Shown here: piece after piece, positions 40,101 through 56,300 of the stretch
Numbering within the stretch: the first letter of the stretch is position 1
Layout of the letters: each line of letters begins with the position of its first letter
Assembly: GCA_964057225.1 (NCBI GenBank)
Contig: OZ059896.1
Location: 372,001-436,000, forward strand
Direction of reading: 5' to 3'
Origin: Auanema rhodensis
Lineage: Eukaryota > Animalia > Nematoda
Length of the DNA: 64,000 nucleotides
The notes under the pieces: model-generated
Told to the model about the DNA's origin: nothing
What the model saw: the letters and a program-made list of their open reading frames with translations, nothing else
Database searches by the model: none
Translations under genes and position numbers: made by a program

Positions 40101-43100
40101 GGTTACCATGAAGCAATATCAATAAAAATTTGTTTTTAGACTAATATGGACATGGGGAATCTAATTTTGAAAACCGCATCTCTTTATCTTTCACGTGAAG
40201 CGAGTTACATACCAAGTGCACATCACGTGTACATTTAATTAGCATAAATTAAAGTTCACGTAAAATTCAAAGTCATGGTTACCATGAACCAATATCAATA
40301 AAAATTTGTTTTTAGACTAATATGGACATGGGGAATCTAATTTTGAAAACCGCATCTCTTTTTCTTTCACGTGAAGCGAGTTACATACCAAGTGCACATC
40401 ACGTGTACATTTAATTAGCATAAATTAAAGTTCACGTAAATTTCAAAGTCATGGTTACCATGAAGCAATATCAATAAAAATTTGTTTTTAGACTAATATG
40501 GACATGGGGAATCTAATTTTGAAAACCGCATCTCTTTATCTTTCACGTGAAGCGAGTTACATACCAAGTGCACATCACGTGTACATTTAATTAGCATAAA
40601 TTAAAGTTCACGTAAATTTCAAAGTCATGGTTACCATGAACCAATATCAATAAAAATTTGTTTTTAGACTAATATGGACATGGGGAATCTAATTTTGAAA
40701 ACCGCATCTCTTTATCTTTCACGTGAAGCGAGTTACATACCAAGTGCACATCACGTGTACATTTAATTAGCATAAATTAAAGTTCACGTAAATTTCAAAG
40801 TCATGGTTACCATGAACCAATATCAATAAAAATTTGTTTTTAGACTAATATGGACATGGGGAATCTAATTTTGAAAACCGCATCTCTTTATCTTTCACGT
40901 GAAGCGAGTTACATACCAAGTGCACATCACGTGTACATTTAATTAGCATAAATTAAAGTTCACGTAAATTTCAAAGTCATGGTTACCATGAACCAATATC
41001 AATAAAAATTTGTTTTTAGACTAATATGGACATGGGGAATCTAATTTTGAAAACCGCATCTCTTTATCTTTCACGTGAAGCGAGTTACATACCAAGTGCA
41101 CATCACGTGTACATTTAATTAGCATAAATTAAAGTTCACGTAAATTTCAAAGTCATGGTTACCATGCACCAATATCAATAAAAATTTGTTTTTAGACTAA
41201 TATGGACATGGGGAATCTAATTTTGAAAACCGCATCTCTTTATCTTTCACGTGAAGCGAGTTACATACCAAGTGCACATCACGTGTACATTTAATTAGCA
41301 TAAATTAAAGTTCACGTAAATTTCAAAGTCATGGTTACCATGAACCAATATCAATAAAAATTTGTTTTTAGACTAATATGGACATGGGGAATCTAATTTT
41401 GAAAACCGCATCTCTTTATCTTTCACGTGAAGCGAGTTACATACCAAGTGCACATCACGTGTACATTTAATTAGCATAAATTAAAGTTCACGTAAATTTC
41501 AAAGTCATGGTTACCATGCACCAATATCAATAAAAATTTGTTTTTAGACTAATATGGACATGGGGAATCTAATTTTGAAAACCGCATCTCTTTATCTTTC
41601 ACGTGAAGCGAGTTACATACCAAGTGCACATCACGTGTACATTTAATTAGCATAAATTAAAGTTCACGTAAATTTCAAAGTCATGGTTACCATGAACCAA
41701 TATCAATAAAAATTTGTTTTTAGACTAATATGGACATGGGGAATCTAATTTTGAAAACCGCATCTCTTCATCTTTCACGTGAAGCGAGTTACATACCAAG
41801 TGCACATCACGTGTACATTTAATTAGCATAAATTAAAGTTCACGTAAATTTCAAAGTCATGGTTACCATGCACAAATATCAATAAAAATTTGTTTTTAGA
41901 CTAATATGGACATGGGGAATCTAATTTTGAAAACCGCATCTCTTTATCTTTCACGTGAAGCGAGTTACATACCAAGTGCACATCACGTGTACATTTAATT
42001 AGCATAAATTAAAGTTCACGTAAATTTCAAAGTCATGGTTACCATGCACCAATATCAATAAAAATTTGTTTTTAGACTAATATGGACATGGGGAATCTAA
42101 TTTTGAAAACCGCATCTCTTTATCTTTCACGTGGAGCGAGTTACATACCAAGTGCACATCACGTGTACATTTAATTAGCATAAATTAAAGTTCACGTAAA
42201 TTTCAAAGTCATGGTTACCATGAAGCAATATCAATAAAAATTTGTTTTTAGACTAATATGGACATGGGGAATCTAATTTTGAAAACCGCATCTCTTTATC
42301 TTTCACGTGAAGCGAGTTACATACCAAGTGCACATCACGTGTACATTTAATTAGCATAAATTAAAGTTCACGTAAATTTCAAAGTCATGGTTACCATGAA
42401 GCAATATCAATAAAAATTTGTTTTTAGACTAATATGGACATGGGGAATCTAATTTTGAAAACCGCATCTCTTTATCTTTCACGTGAAGCGAGTTACATAC
42501 CAAGTGCACATCACGTGTACATTTAATTAGCATAAATTAAAGTTCACGTAAATTTCAAAGTCATGGTTACCATGAACCAATATCAATAAAAATTTGTTTT
42601 TAGACTAATATGGACATGGGGAATCTAATTTTGAAAACCGCATTTCTTTATCTTTCACGTGAAGCGAGTTACATACCAAGTGCACATCACGTGTACATTT
42701 AATTAGCATAAATTAAAGTTCACGTAAAATTCAAAGTCATGGTTACCATGAACCAATATCAATAAAAATTTGTTTTTAGACTAATATGGACATGGGGAAT
42801 CTAATTTTGAAAACGGCATCTCTTTATCTTTCACGTGAAGCGAGTTACATACCAAGTGCACATCACGTGTACATTTAATTAGCATAAATTAAAGTTCACG
42901 TAAATTTCAAAGTCATGGTTACCATGAACCAATATCAATAAAAATTTGTTTTTAGACTAATATGGACATGGGGAATCTAATTTTGAAAACCGCATCTCTT
43001 TATCTTTCACGTGAAGCGAGTTACATACCAAGTGCACATCACGTGTACATTTAATTAGCATAAATTAAAGTTCACGTAAATTTCAAAGTCATGGTTACCA

Positions 43101-43296
43101 TGAACCAATATCAATAAAAATTTGTTTTTAGACTAATATGGACATGGGGAATCTAATTTTGAAAACCGCATCTCTTTATCTTTCACGTGAAGCGAGTTAC
43201 ATACCAAGTGCACATCACGTGTACATTTAATTAGCATAAATTAAAGTTCACGTAAATTTCAAAGTCATGGTTACCATGAAGCAATATCAATAAAAA

Positions 43297-46200
43297 TTTG
43301 TTTTTAGACTAATATGGACATGGGGAATCTAATTTTGAAAACCGCATCTCTTTATCTTTCACGTGAAGCGAGTTACATACCAAGTGCACATCACGTGTAC
43401 ATTTAATTAGCATAAATTAAAGTTCACGTAAATTTCAAAGTCATGGTTACCATGAACCAATATCAATAAAAATTTGTTTTTAGACTAATATGGACATGAG
43501 GAATCTAATTTTGAAAACCGCATCTCTTTATCTTTCACGTGAAGCGAGTTACATACCAAGTGCACATCACGTGTACATTTAATTAGCATAAATTAAAGTT
43601 CACGTAAATTTCAAAGTCATGGTTACCATTCACCAATATCAATAAAAATTTGTTTTTAGACTAATATGGACATGGGGAATCTAATTTTGAAAACCGCATC
43701 TCTTTATCTTTCACGTGAAGCGAGTTACATACCAAGTGCACATCACGTGTACATTTAATTAGCATAAATTAAAGTTCACGTAAATTTCAAAGTCATGGTT
43801 ACCATGCACCAATATCAATAAAAATTTGTTTTTAGACTAATATGAAAATGGGGAATCTAATTTTGAAAACCGCATCTCTTTATCTTTCACGTGAAGCGAG
43901 TTACATACCAAGTGCACATCACGTGTACATTTAATTAGCATAAATTAAAGTTCACGTAAATTTCAAAGTCATGGTTACCATGAACCAATATCAATAAAAA
44001 TTTGTTTTTAGACTAATATGGACATGGGGAATCTAATTTTGAAAACCGCATCTCTTTATCTTTCACGTGAAGCGAGTTACATACCAAGTGCACATCACGT
44101 GTACATTTAATTAGCATAAATTAAAGTTCACGTAAATTTCAAAGTCATGGTTACCATGAAGCAATATCAATAAAAATTTGTTTTTAGACTAATATGGACA
44201 TGGGGAATCTAATTTTGAAAACCGCATCTCTTTATCTTTCACGTGAAGCGAGTTACATACCAAGTGCACATCACGTGTACATTTAATTAGCATTAATTAA
44301 AGTTCACGTAAATTTCAAAGTCATGGTTACCATGAACCAATATCAATAAAAATTTGTTTTTAGACTAATATGGACATGGGGAATCTAATTTTGAAAACCG
44401 CATCTCTTTATCTTTCACGTGAAGCGAGTTACATACCAAGTGCACATCACGTGTACATTTAATTAGCATAAATTAAAGTTCACGTAAATTTCAAAGTCAT
44501 GGTTACCATGAAGCAATATCAATAAAAATTTGTTTTTAGACTAATATGGACATGGGGAATCTAATTTTGAAAACCGCATCTCTTTATCTTTCACGTGAAG
44601 CGAGTTACATACCAAGTGCACATCACGTGTACATTTAATTAGCATTAATTAAAGTTCACGTAAATTTCAAAGTCATGGTTACCATGAACCAATATCAATA
44701 AAAATTTGTTTTTAGACTAATATGGACATGGGGAATCTAATTTTGAAAACCGCATCTCTTTATCTTTCACGTGAAGCGAGTTACATACCAAGTGCACATC
44801 ACGTGTACATTTAATTAGCATAAATTAAAGTTCACGTAAATTTCAAAGTCATGGTTACCATGAACCAATATGAATAAAAATTTGTTTTTAGACTAATATG
44901 GACATGGGGAATCTAATTTTGAAAACCGCATCTCTTTATCTTTCACGTGAAGCAAGTTACATACCAAGTGCACATCACGTGTACATTTAATTAGCATAAA
45001 TTAAAGTTCACGTAAATTTCAAAGTCATGGTTACCATGAACCAATATCAATAAAAATTTGTTTTTAGACTAATATGGACATGGGGAATCTAATTTTGAAA
45101 ACCGCATCTCTTTATCTTTCACGTGAAGCGAGTTACATACCAAGTGCACATCACGTGTACATTTAATTAGCATAAATTAAAGTTCACGTAAATTTCAAAG
45201 TCATGGTTACCATGAAGCAATATCAATAAAAATTTGTTTTTAGACTAATATGGACATGGGGAATCTAATTTTGAAAACGGCATCTCTTTATCTTTCACGT
45301 GAAGCGAGTTACATACCAAGTGCACATCACGTGTACATTTAATTAGCATAAATTAAAGTTCACGTAAATTTCAAAGTCATGGTTACCATGAACCAATATC
45401 AATAAAAATTTGTTTTTAGACTAATATGGACATGGGGAATCTAATTTTGAAAACGGCATCTCTTTATCTTTCACGTGAAGCGAGTTACATACCAAGTGCA
45501 CATCACGTGTACATTTAATTAGCATAAATTAAAGTTCACGTAAAATTCAAAGTCATGGTTACCATGAACCAATATCAAATAAAAATTTGTTTTTAGACTA
45601 ATATGGACATGGGGAATCTAATTTTGAAAACGGCATCTCTTTATCTTTCACGTGAAGCGAGTTACATACCAAGTGCACATCACGTGTACATTTAATTAGC
45701 ATAAATTAAAGTTCACGTAAATTTCAAAGTCATGGTTACCATGAACCAATATCAATAAAAATTTGTTTTTAGACTAATATGGACATGGGGAATCTAATTT
45801 TGAAAACCGCATCTCTTTATCTTTCACGTGAAGCGAGTTACATACCAAGTGCACATCACGTGTACATTTAATTAGCATAAATTAAAGTTCACGTAAATTT
45901 CAAAGTCATGGTTACCATGAACCAATATCAATAAAAATTTGTTTTTAGACTAATATGGACATGGGGAATCTAATTTTGAAAACCGCATCTCTTTATCTTT
46001 CACGTGAAGCGAGTTACATACCAAGTGCACATCACGTGTACATTTAATTAGCATAAATTAAAGTTCACGTAAATTTCAAAGTCATGGTTACCATGAAGCA
46101 ATATCAATAAAAATTTGTTTTTAGACTAATATGGACATGGGGAATCTAATTTTGAAAACCGCATCTCTTTATCTTTCACGTGAAGCGAGTTACATACCAA

Positions 46201-49200
46201 GTGCACATCACGTGTACATTTAATTAGCATAAATTAAAGTTCACGTAAATTTCAAAGTCATGGTTACCATGAACCAATATCAATAAAAATTTGTTTTTAG
46301 ACTAATATGGACATGGGGAATCTAATTTTGAAAACCGCATCTCTTTATCTTTCACGTGAAGCGAGTTACATACCAAGTGCACATCACGTGTACATTTAAT
46401 TAGCATAAATTAAAGTTCACGTAAATTTCAAAGTCATGGTTACCATGAACCAATATCAATAAAAATTTGTTTTTAGACTAATATGGACATGAGGAATCTA
46501 ATTTTGAAAACCGCATCTCTTTATCTTTCACGTGAAGCGAGTTACATACCAAGTGCACATCACGTGTACATTTAATTAGCATAAATTAAAGTTCACGGAA
46601 ATTTCAAAGTCATGGTTACCATGAACCAATATCAATAAAAATTTGTTTTTAGACTAATATGGACATGGGGAATCTAATTTTGAAAACCGCATCTCTTTAT
46701 CTTTCACGTGAAGCGAGTTACATACCAAGTGCACATCACGTGTACATTTAATTAGCATAAATTAAAGTTCACGTAAATTTCAAAGTCATGGTTACCATGA
46801 AGCAATATCAATAAAAATTTGTTTTTAGACTAATATGGACATGGGGAATCTAATTTTGAAAACCGCATCTCTTTATCTTTCACGTGAAGCGAGTTACATA
46901 CCAAGTGCACATCACGTGTACATTTAATTAGCATAAATTAAAGTTCACGTAAATTTCAAAGTCATGGTTACCATGAACCAATATCAATAAAAATTTGTTT
47001 TTAGACTAATATGGACATGGGGAATCTAATTTTGAAAACCGCATCTCTTTATCTTTCACGTGAAGCGAGTTACATACCAAGTGCACATCACGTGTACATT
47101 TAATTAGCATAAATTAAAGTTCACGTAAATTTCAAAGTCATGGTTACCATTCACCAATATCAATAAAAATTTGTTTTTAGACTAATATGGACATGGGGAA
47201 TCTAATTTTGAAAACCGCATCTCTTTATCTTTCACGTGAAGCGAGTTACATACCAAGTGCACATCACGTGTACATTTAATTAGCATAAATTAAAGTTCAC
47301 GGAAATTTCAAAGTCATGGTTACCATGAACCAATATCAATAAAAATTTGTTTTTAGACTAATATGGACATGGGGAATCTAATTTTGAAAACCGCATCTCT
47401 TTATCTTTCACGTGAAGCGAGTTACATACCAAGTGCACATCACGTGTACATTTAATTAGCATAAATTAAAGTTCACGTAAATTTCAAAGTCATGGTTACC
47501 ATTCACCAATATCAATAAAAATTTGTTTTTAGACTAATATGGACATGAGGAATCTAATTTTGAAAACCGCATCTCTTTATCTTTCACGTGAAGCGAGTTA
47601 CATACCAAGTGCACATCACGTGTACATTTAATTAGCATAAATTAAAGTTCACGGAAATTTCAAAGTCATGGTTACCATGAACCAATATCAATAAAAATTT
47701 GTTTTTAGACTAATATGGACATGGGGAATCTAATTTTGAAAACCGCATCTCTTTATCTTTCACGTGAAGCGAGTTACATACCAAGTGCACATCACGTGTA
47801 CATTTAATTAGCATAAATTAAAGTTCACGTAAATTTCAAAGTCATGGTTACCATGAAGCAATATCAATAAAAATTTGTTTTTAGACTAATATGGACATGG
47901 GGAATCTAATTTTGAAAACCGCATCTCTTTATCTTTCACGTGAAGCGAGTTACATACCAAGTGCACATCACGTGTACATTTAATTAGCATAAATTAAAGT
48001 TCACGTAAATTTCAAAGTCATGGTTACCATGAACCAATATCAATAAAAATTTGTTTTTAGACTAATATGGACATGGGGAATCTAATTTTGAAAACCGCAT
48101 CTCTTTATCTTTCACGTGAAGCGAGTTACATACCAAGTGCACATCACGTGTACATTTAATTAGCATAAATTAAAGTTCACGTAAATTTCAAAGTCATGGT
48201 TACCATTCACCAATATCAATAAAAATTTGTTTTTAGACTAATATGGACATGGGGAATCTAATTTTGAAAACCGCATCTCTTTATCTTTCACGTGAAGCGA
48301 GTTACATACCAAGTGCACATCACGTGTACATTTAATTAGCATAAATTAAAGTTCACGGAAATTTCAAAGTCATGGTTACCATGAACCAATATCAATAAAA
48401 ATTTGTTTTTAGACTAATATGGACATGGGGAATCTAATTTTGAAAACCGCATCTCTTTATCTTTCACGTGAAGCGAGTTACATACCAAGTGCACATCACG
48501 TGTACATTTAATTAGCATAAATTAAAGTTCACGTAAATTTCAAAGTCATGGTTACCATTCACCAATATCAATAAAAATTTGTTTTTAGACTAATATGGAC
48601 ATGGGGAATCTAATTTTGAAAACCGCATCTCTTTATCTTTCACGTGAAGCGAGTTACATACCAAGTGCACATCACGTGTACATTTAATTAGCATAAATTA
48701 AAGTTCACGTAAATTTCAAAGTCATGGTTACCATGAACCAATATCAATAAAAATTTGTTTTTAGACTAATATGGACATGAGGAATCTAATTTTGAAAACC
48801 GCATCTCTTTATCTTTCACGTGAAGCGAGTTACATACCAAGTGCACATCACGTGTACATTTAATTAGCATAAATTAAAGTTCACGTAAATTTCAAAGTCA
48901 TGGTTACCATTCACCAATATCAATAAAAATTTGTTTTTAGACTAATATGGACATGGGGAATCTAATTTTGAAAACCGCATCTCTTTATCTTTCACGTGAA
49001 GCGAGTTACATACCAAGTGCACATCACGTGTACATTTAATTAGCATAAATTAAAGTTCACGTAAATTTCAAAGTCATGGTTACCATGCACCAATATCAAT
49101 AAAAATTTGTTTTTAGACTAATATGGACATGGGGAATCTAATTTTGAAAACCGCATCTCTTTATCTTTCACGTGAAGCGAGTTACATACCAAGTGCACAT

Positions 49201-52200
49201 CACGTGTACATTTAATTAGCATAAATTAAAGTTCACGTAAATTTCAAAGTCATGGTTACCATGAACCAATATCAATAAAAATTTGTTTTTAGACTAATAT
49301 GGACATGGGGAATCTAATTTTGAAAACCGCATCTCTTTATCTTTCACGTGAAGCGAGTTACATACCAAGTGCACATCACGTGTACATTTAATTAGCATAA
49401 ATTAAAGTTCACGTAAATTTCAAAGTCATGGTTACCATGAAGCAATATCAATAAAAATTTGTTTTTAGACTAATATGGACATGGGGAATCTAATTTTGAA
49501 AACCGCATCTCTTTATCTTTCACGTGAAGCGAGTTACATACCAAGTGCACATCACGTGTACATTTAATTAGCATTAATTAAAGTTCACGTAAATTTCAAA
49601 GTCATGGTTACCATGAACCAATATCAATAAAAATTTGTTTTTAGACTAATATGGACATGGGGAATCTAATTTTGAAAACCGCATCTCTTTATCTTTCACG
49701 TGAAGCGAGTTACATACCAAGTGCACATCACGTGTACATTTAATTAGCATAAATTAAAGTTCACGTAAATTTCAAAGTCATGGTTACCATGAAGCAATAT
49801 CAATAAAAATTTGTTTTTAGACTAATATGGACATGGGGAATCTAATTTTGAAAACCGCATCTCTTTATCTTTCACGTGAAGCGAGTTACATACCAAGTGC
49901 ACATCACGTGTACATTTAATTAGCATTAATTAAAGTTCACGTAAATTTCAAAGTCATGGTTACCATGAACCAATATCAATAAAAATTTGTTTTTAGACTA
50001 ATATGGACATGGGGAATCTAATTTTGAAAACCGCATCTCTTTATCTTTCACGTGAAGCGAGTTACATACCAAGTGCACATCACGTGTACATTTAATTAGC
50101 ATAAATTAAAGTACACGTAAATTTCAAAGTCATGGTTACCATGAACCAATATGAATAAAAATTTGTTTTTAGACTAATATGGACATGGGGAATCTAATTT
50201 TGAAAACCGCATCTCTTTATCTTTCACGTGAAGCAAGTTACATACCAAGTGCACATCACGTGTACATTTAATTAGCATAAATTAAAGTTCACGTAAATTT
50301 CAAAGTCATGGTTACCATGAACCAATATCAATAAAAATTTGTTTTTAGACTAATATGGACATGGGGAATCTAATTTTGAAAACCGCATCTCTTTATCTTT
50401 CACGTGAAGCGAGTTACATACCAAGTGCACATCACGTGTACATTTAATTAGCATAAATTAAAGTTCACGTAAATTTCAAAGTCATGGTTACCATTCACCA
50501 ATATCAATAAAAATTTGTTTTTAGACTAATATGGACATGGGGAATCTAATTTTGAAAACCGCATCTCTTTATCTTTCACGTGAAGCGAGTTACATACCAA
50601 GTGCACATCACGTGTACATTTAATTAGCATAAATTAAAGTTCACGTAAATTTCAAAGTCATGGTTACCATGCACCAATATCAATAAAAATTTGTTTTTAG
50701 ACTAATATGGACATGGGGAATCTAATTTTGAAAACCGCATCTCTTTATCTTTCACGTGAAGCGAGTTACATACCAAGTGCACATCACGTGTACATTTAAT
50801 TAGCATAAATTAAAGTTCACGTAAATTTCAAAGTCATGGTTACCATGAACCAATATCAATAAAAATTTGTTTTTAGACTAATATGGACATGGGGAATCTA
50901 ATTTTGAAAACCGCATCTCTTTATCTTTCACGTGAAGCGAGTTACATACCAAGTGCACATCACGTGTACATTTAATTAGCATAAATTAAAGTTCACGTAA
51001 ATTTCAAAGTCATGGTTACCATGAACCAATATCAATAAAAATTTGTTTTTAGACTAATATGGACATGGGGAATCTAATTTTGAAAACCGCATCTCTTTAT
51101 CTTTCACGTGAAGCGAGTTACATACCAAGTGCACATCACGTGTACATTTAATTAGCATAAATTAAAGTTCACGTAAATTTCAAAGTCATGGTTACCATGA
51201 ACCAATATCAATAAAAATTTGTTTTTAGACTAATATGGACATGAGGAATCTAATTTTGAAAACCGCATCTCTTTATCTTTCACGTGAAGCGAGTTACATA
51301 CCAAGTGCACATCACGTGTACATTTAATTAGCATAAATTAAAGTTCACGTAAATTTCAAAGTCATGGTTACCATTCACCAATATCAATAAAAATTTGTTT
51401 TTAGACTAATATGGACATGGGGAATCTAATTTTGAAAACCTCATCTCTTTATCTTTCACGTGAAGCGAGTTACATACCAAGTGCACATCACGTGTACATT
51501 TAATTAGCATAAATTAAAGTTCACGTAAATTTCAAAGTCATGGTTACCATGCACCAATATCAATAAAAATTTGTTTTTAGACTAATATGGACATGGGGAA
51601 TCTAATTTTGAAAACCGCATCTCTTTATCTTTCACGTGAAGCGAGTTACATACCAAGTGCACATCACGTGTACATTTAATTAGCATAAATTAAAGTTCAC
51701 GTAAATTTCAAAGTCATGGTTACCATGAACCAATATCAATAAAAATTTGTTTTTAGACTAATATGGACATGGGGAATCTAATTTTGAAAACCGCATCTCT
51801 TTATCTTTCACGTGAAGCGAGTTACATACCAAGTGCACATCACGTGTACATTTAATTAGCATAAATTAAAGTTCACGTAAATTTCAAAGTCATGGTTACC
51901 ATGAAGCAATATCAATAAAAATTTGTTTTTAGACTAATATGGACATGGGGAATCTAATTTTGAAAACCGCATCTCTTTATCTTTCACGTGAAGCGAGTTA
52001 CATACCAAGTGCACATCACGTGTACATTTAATTAGCATTAATTAAAGTTCACGTAAATTTCAAAGTCATGGTTACCATGAACCAATATCAATAAAAATTT
52101 GTTTTTAGACTAATATGGACATGGGGAATCTAATTTTGAAAACCGCATCTCTTTATCTTTCACGTGAAGCGAGTTACATACCAAGTGCACATCACGTGTA

Positions 52201-52801
52201 CATTTAATTAGCATAAATTAAAGTTCACGTAAATTTCAAAGTCATGGTTACCATGAAGCAATATCAATAAAAATTTGTTTTTAGACTAATATGGACATGG
52301 GGAATCTAATTTTGAAAACCGCATCTCTTTATCTTTCACGTGAAGCGAGTTACATACCAAGTGCACATCACGTGTACATTTAATTAGCATTAATTAAAGT
52401 TCACGTAAATTTCAAAGTCATGGTTACCATGAACCAATATCAATAAAAATTTGTTTTTAGACTAAAATGGACATGGGGAATCTAATTTTGAAAACCGCAT
52501 CTCTTTATCTTTCACGTGAAGCGAGTTACATACCAAGTGCACATCACGTGTACATTTAATTAGCATAAATTAAAGTTCACGTAAATTTCAAAGTCATGGT
52601 TACCATGAACCAATATCAATAAAAATTTGTTTTTAGACTAATATGGACATGGGGAATCTAATTTTGAAAACCGCATCTCTTTATCTTTCACGTGAAGCAA
52701 GTTACATACCAAGTGCACATCACGTGTACATTTAATTAGCATAAATTAAAGTTCACGTAAATTTCAAAGTCATGGTTACCATGAACCAATATCAATAAAA
52801 A
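43297..52801 (+). repeat. Three dispersed copies of a 10-monomer block: 43297-45056, 48578-50337, 51042-52801
   Basis: The order aacc, G27A+G158T, cacc, aacc, aagc, A118T, aagc, A118T, aacc (C168G in copies 1-2), G74A is repeated at offsets of 30 and 14 monomers. Confidence 0.88.
46466..48577 (+). repeat. Perfect tandem duplication of a 6-monomer block (1,056 bp): n265-270 and n271-276
   Basis: G27A+T133G, aagc, aacc, G158T, T133G, G158T occurs twice in succession. Confidence 0.9.
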
Positions 52802-53329
52802 TTTGTTTTTAGACTAATATGGACATGGGGAATCTAATTTTGAAAACCGCATCTCTTTATCTTTCACGTGAAGCGAGTTACATACCAAGTGCACATCACG
52901 TGTACATTTAATTAGCATAAATTAAAGTTCACGTAAATTTCAAAGTCATGGTTACCATGAACCAATATCAATAAAAATTTGTTTTTAGACTAATATGGAC
53001 ATGGGGAATCTAATTTTGAAAACCGCATCTCTTTATCTTTCACGTGAAGCGAGTTACATACCAAGTGCACACCACGTGTACATTTAATTAGCATAAATTA
53101 AAGTTCACGTAAATTTCAAAGTCATGGTTACCATGAACCAATATCAATAAAAATTTGTTTTTAGACTAATATGGACATGGGGAATCTAATTTTGAAAACC
53201 GCATCTCTTTATCTTTCACGTGAAGCGAGTTACATACCAAGTGCACATCACGTGTACATTTAATTAGCATAAATTAAAGTTCACGTAAATTTCAAAGTCA
53301 TGGTTACCATGAACCAATATCAATAAAAA

Positions 53330-56300
53330 TTTGTTTTTAGACTAATATGGACATGAGGAATCTAATTTTGAAAACCGCATCTCTTCATCTTTCACGTGAA
53401 GCGAGTTACATACCAAGTGCACATCACGTGTACATTTAATTAGCATAAATTAAAGTTCACGTAAATTTCAAAGTCATGGTTACCATGCACCAATATCAAT
53501 AAAAATTTGTTTTTAGACTAATATAGACATGGGGAATCTAATTTTGAAAACCGCATCTCTTTATCTTTCACGTGAAGCGAGTTACATACCAAGTGCACAT
53601 CACGTGTACATTTAATTAGCATAAATTAAAGTTCACGTAAATTTCAAAGTCATGGTTACCATGAAGCAATACCAATAAAAATTTGTTTTTAGACTAATAT
53701 GGACATGGGGAATCTAATTTTGAAAACCGCATCTCTTTATCTTTCACGTGAAGCGAGTTACATACCAAGTGCACATCACGTGTACATTTAATTAGCATAA
53801 ATTAAAGTTCACGTAAAATTCAAAGTCATGGTTACCATGAACCAATATCAATAAAATTTGTTTTTAGACTAATATGGACATGGGGAATCTAATTTTGAAA
53901 ACCGCATCTCTTTATCTTTCACGTGAAGCGAGTTACATACCAAGTGCACATCACGTGTACATTTAATTAGCATTAATTAAAGTTCACGTAAATTTCAAAG
54001 TCATGGTTACCATGAACCAATATCAATAAAAATTTGTTTTTAGACTAATATGGACATGGGGAATCTAATTTTGAAAACCGCATTTCTTTATCTTTCACGT
54101 GAAGCGAGTTACATACCAAGTGCACATCACGTGTACATTTAATTAGCATAAATTAAAGTTCACGTAAAATTCAAAGTCATGGTTACCATGAACCAATATC
54201 AATAAAAATTTGTTTTTAGACTACTATGGACATGGGGAATCTAATTTTGAAAACCGCATCTCTTTATCTTTCACGTGAAGCGAGTTACATACCAAGTGCA
54301 CATCACGTGTACATTTAATTAGCATAAATTAAAGTTCACGTAAATTTCAAAGTCATGGTTACCATGCACCAATATCAATAAAAATTTGTTTTTAGACTAA
54401 TATGGACATGGGGAATCTAATTTTGAAAACCGCATCTCTTTATCTTTCACGTGAAGCGAGTTACATACCAAGTGCACATCACGTGTACATTTAATTAGCA
54501 TTAATTAAAGTTCACGTAAATTTCAAAGTCATGGTTACCATGAACCAATATCAATAAAAATTTGTTTTTAGACTAATATGGACATGGGGAATCTAATTTT
54601 GAAAACCGCATCTCTTTATCTTTCACGTGAAGCGAGTTACATACCAAGTGCACATCACGTGTACATTTAATTAGCATAAATTAAAGTTCACGTAAATTTC
54701 AAAGTCATGGTTACCATGAACCAATATCAATAAAAATTTGTTTTTAGACTACTATGGACATGGGGAATCTAATTTTGAAAACCGCATCTCTTTATCTTTC
54801 ACGTGAAGCGAGTTACATACCAAGTGCACATCACGTGTACATTTAATTAGCATAAATTAAAGTTCACGTAAATTTCAAAGTCATGGTTACCATGAACCAA
54901 TATCAATAAAAATTTGTTTTTAGACTACTATGGACATGGGGAATCTAATTTTGAAAACCGCATCTCTTTATCTTTCACGTGAAGCGAGTTACATACCAAG
55001 TGCACATCACGTGTACATTTAATTAGCATAAATTAAAGTTCACGTAAATTTCAAAGTCATGGTTACCATGCACCAATATCAATAAAAATTTGTTTTTAGA
55101 CTAATATAGACATGGGGAATCTAATTTTGAAAACCGCATCTCTTTATCTTTCACGTGAAGCGAGTTACATACCAAGTGCACATCACGTGTACATTTAATT
55201 AGCATAAATTAAAGTTCACGTAAATTTCAAAGTCATGGTTACCATGAACCAATATCAATAAAAATTTGTTTTTAGACTAATATGGACATGAGGAATCTAA
55301 TTTTGAAAACCGCATCTCTTCATCTTTCACGTGAAGCGAGTTACATACCAAGTGCACATCACGTGTACATTTAATTAGCATAAATTAAAGTTCACGTAAA
55401 TTTCAAAGTCATGGTTACCATGCACCAATATCAATAAAAATTTGTTTTTAGACTAATATAGACATGGGGAATCTAATTTTGAAAACCGCATCTCTTTATC
55501 TTTCACGTGAAGCGAGTTACATACCAAGTGCACATCACGTGTACATTTAATTAGCATAAATTAAAGTTCACGTAAATTTCAAAGTCATGGTTACCATGAA
55601 GCAATACCAATAAAAATTTGTTTTTAGACTAATATGGACATGGGGAATCTAATTTTGAAAACCGCATCTCTTTATCTTTCACGTGAAGCGAGTTACATAC
55701 CAAGTGCACATCACGTGTACATTTAATTAGCATAAATTAAAGTTCACGTAAAATTCAAAGTCATGGTTACCATGAACCAATATCAATAAAATTTGTTTTT
55801 AGACTAATATGGACATGGGGAATCTAATTTTGAAAACCGCATCTCTTTATCTTTCACGTGAAGCGAGTTACATACCAAGTGCACATCACGTGTACATTTA
55901 ATTAGCATTAATTAAAGTTCACGTAAATTTCAAAGTCATGGTTACCATGAACCAATATCAATAAAAATTTGTTTTTAGACTAATATGGACATGGGGAATC
56001 TAATTTTGAAAACCGCATTTCTTTATCTTTCACGTGAAGCGAGTTACATACCAAGTGCACATCACGTGTACATTTAATTAGCATAAATTAAAGTTCACGT
56101 AAAATTCAAAGTCATGGTTACCATGAACCAATATCAATAAAAATTTGTTTTTAGACTACTATGGACATGGGGAATCTAATTTTGAAAACCGCATCTCTTT
56201 ATCTTTCACGTGAAGCGAGTTACATACCAAGTGCACATCACGTGTACATTTAATTAGCATAAATTAAAGTTCACGTATATTTCAAAGTCTTGGTTACCAT

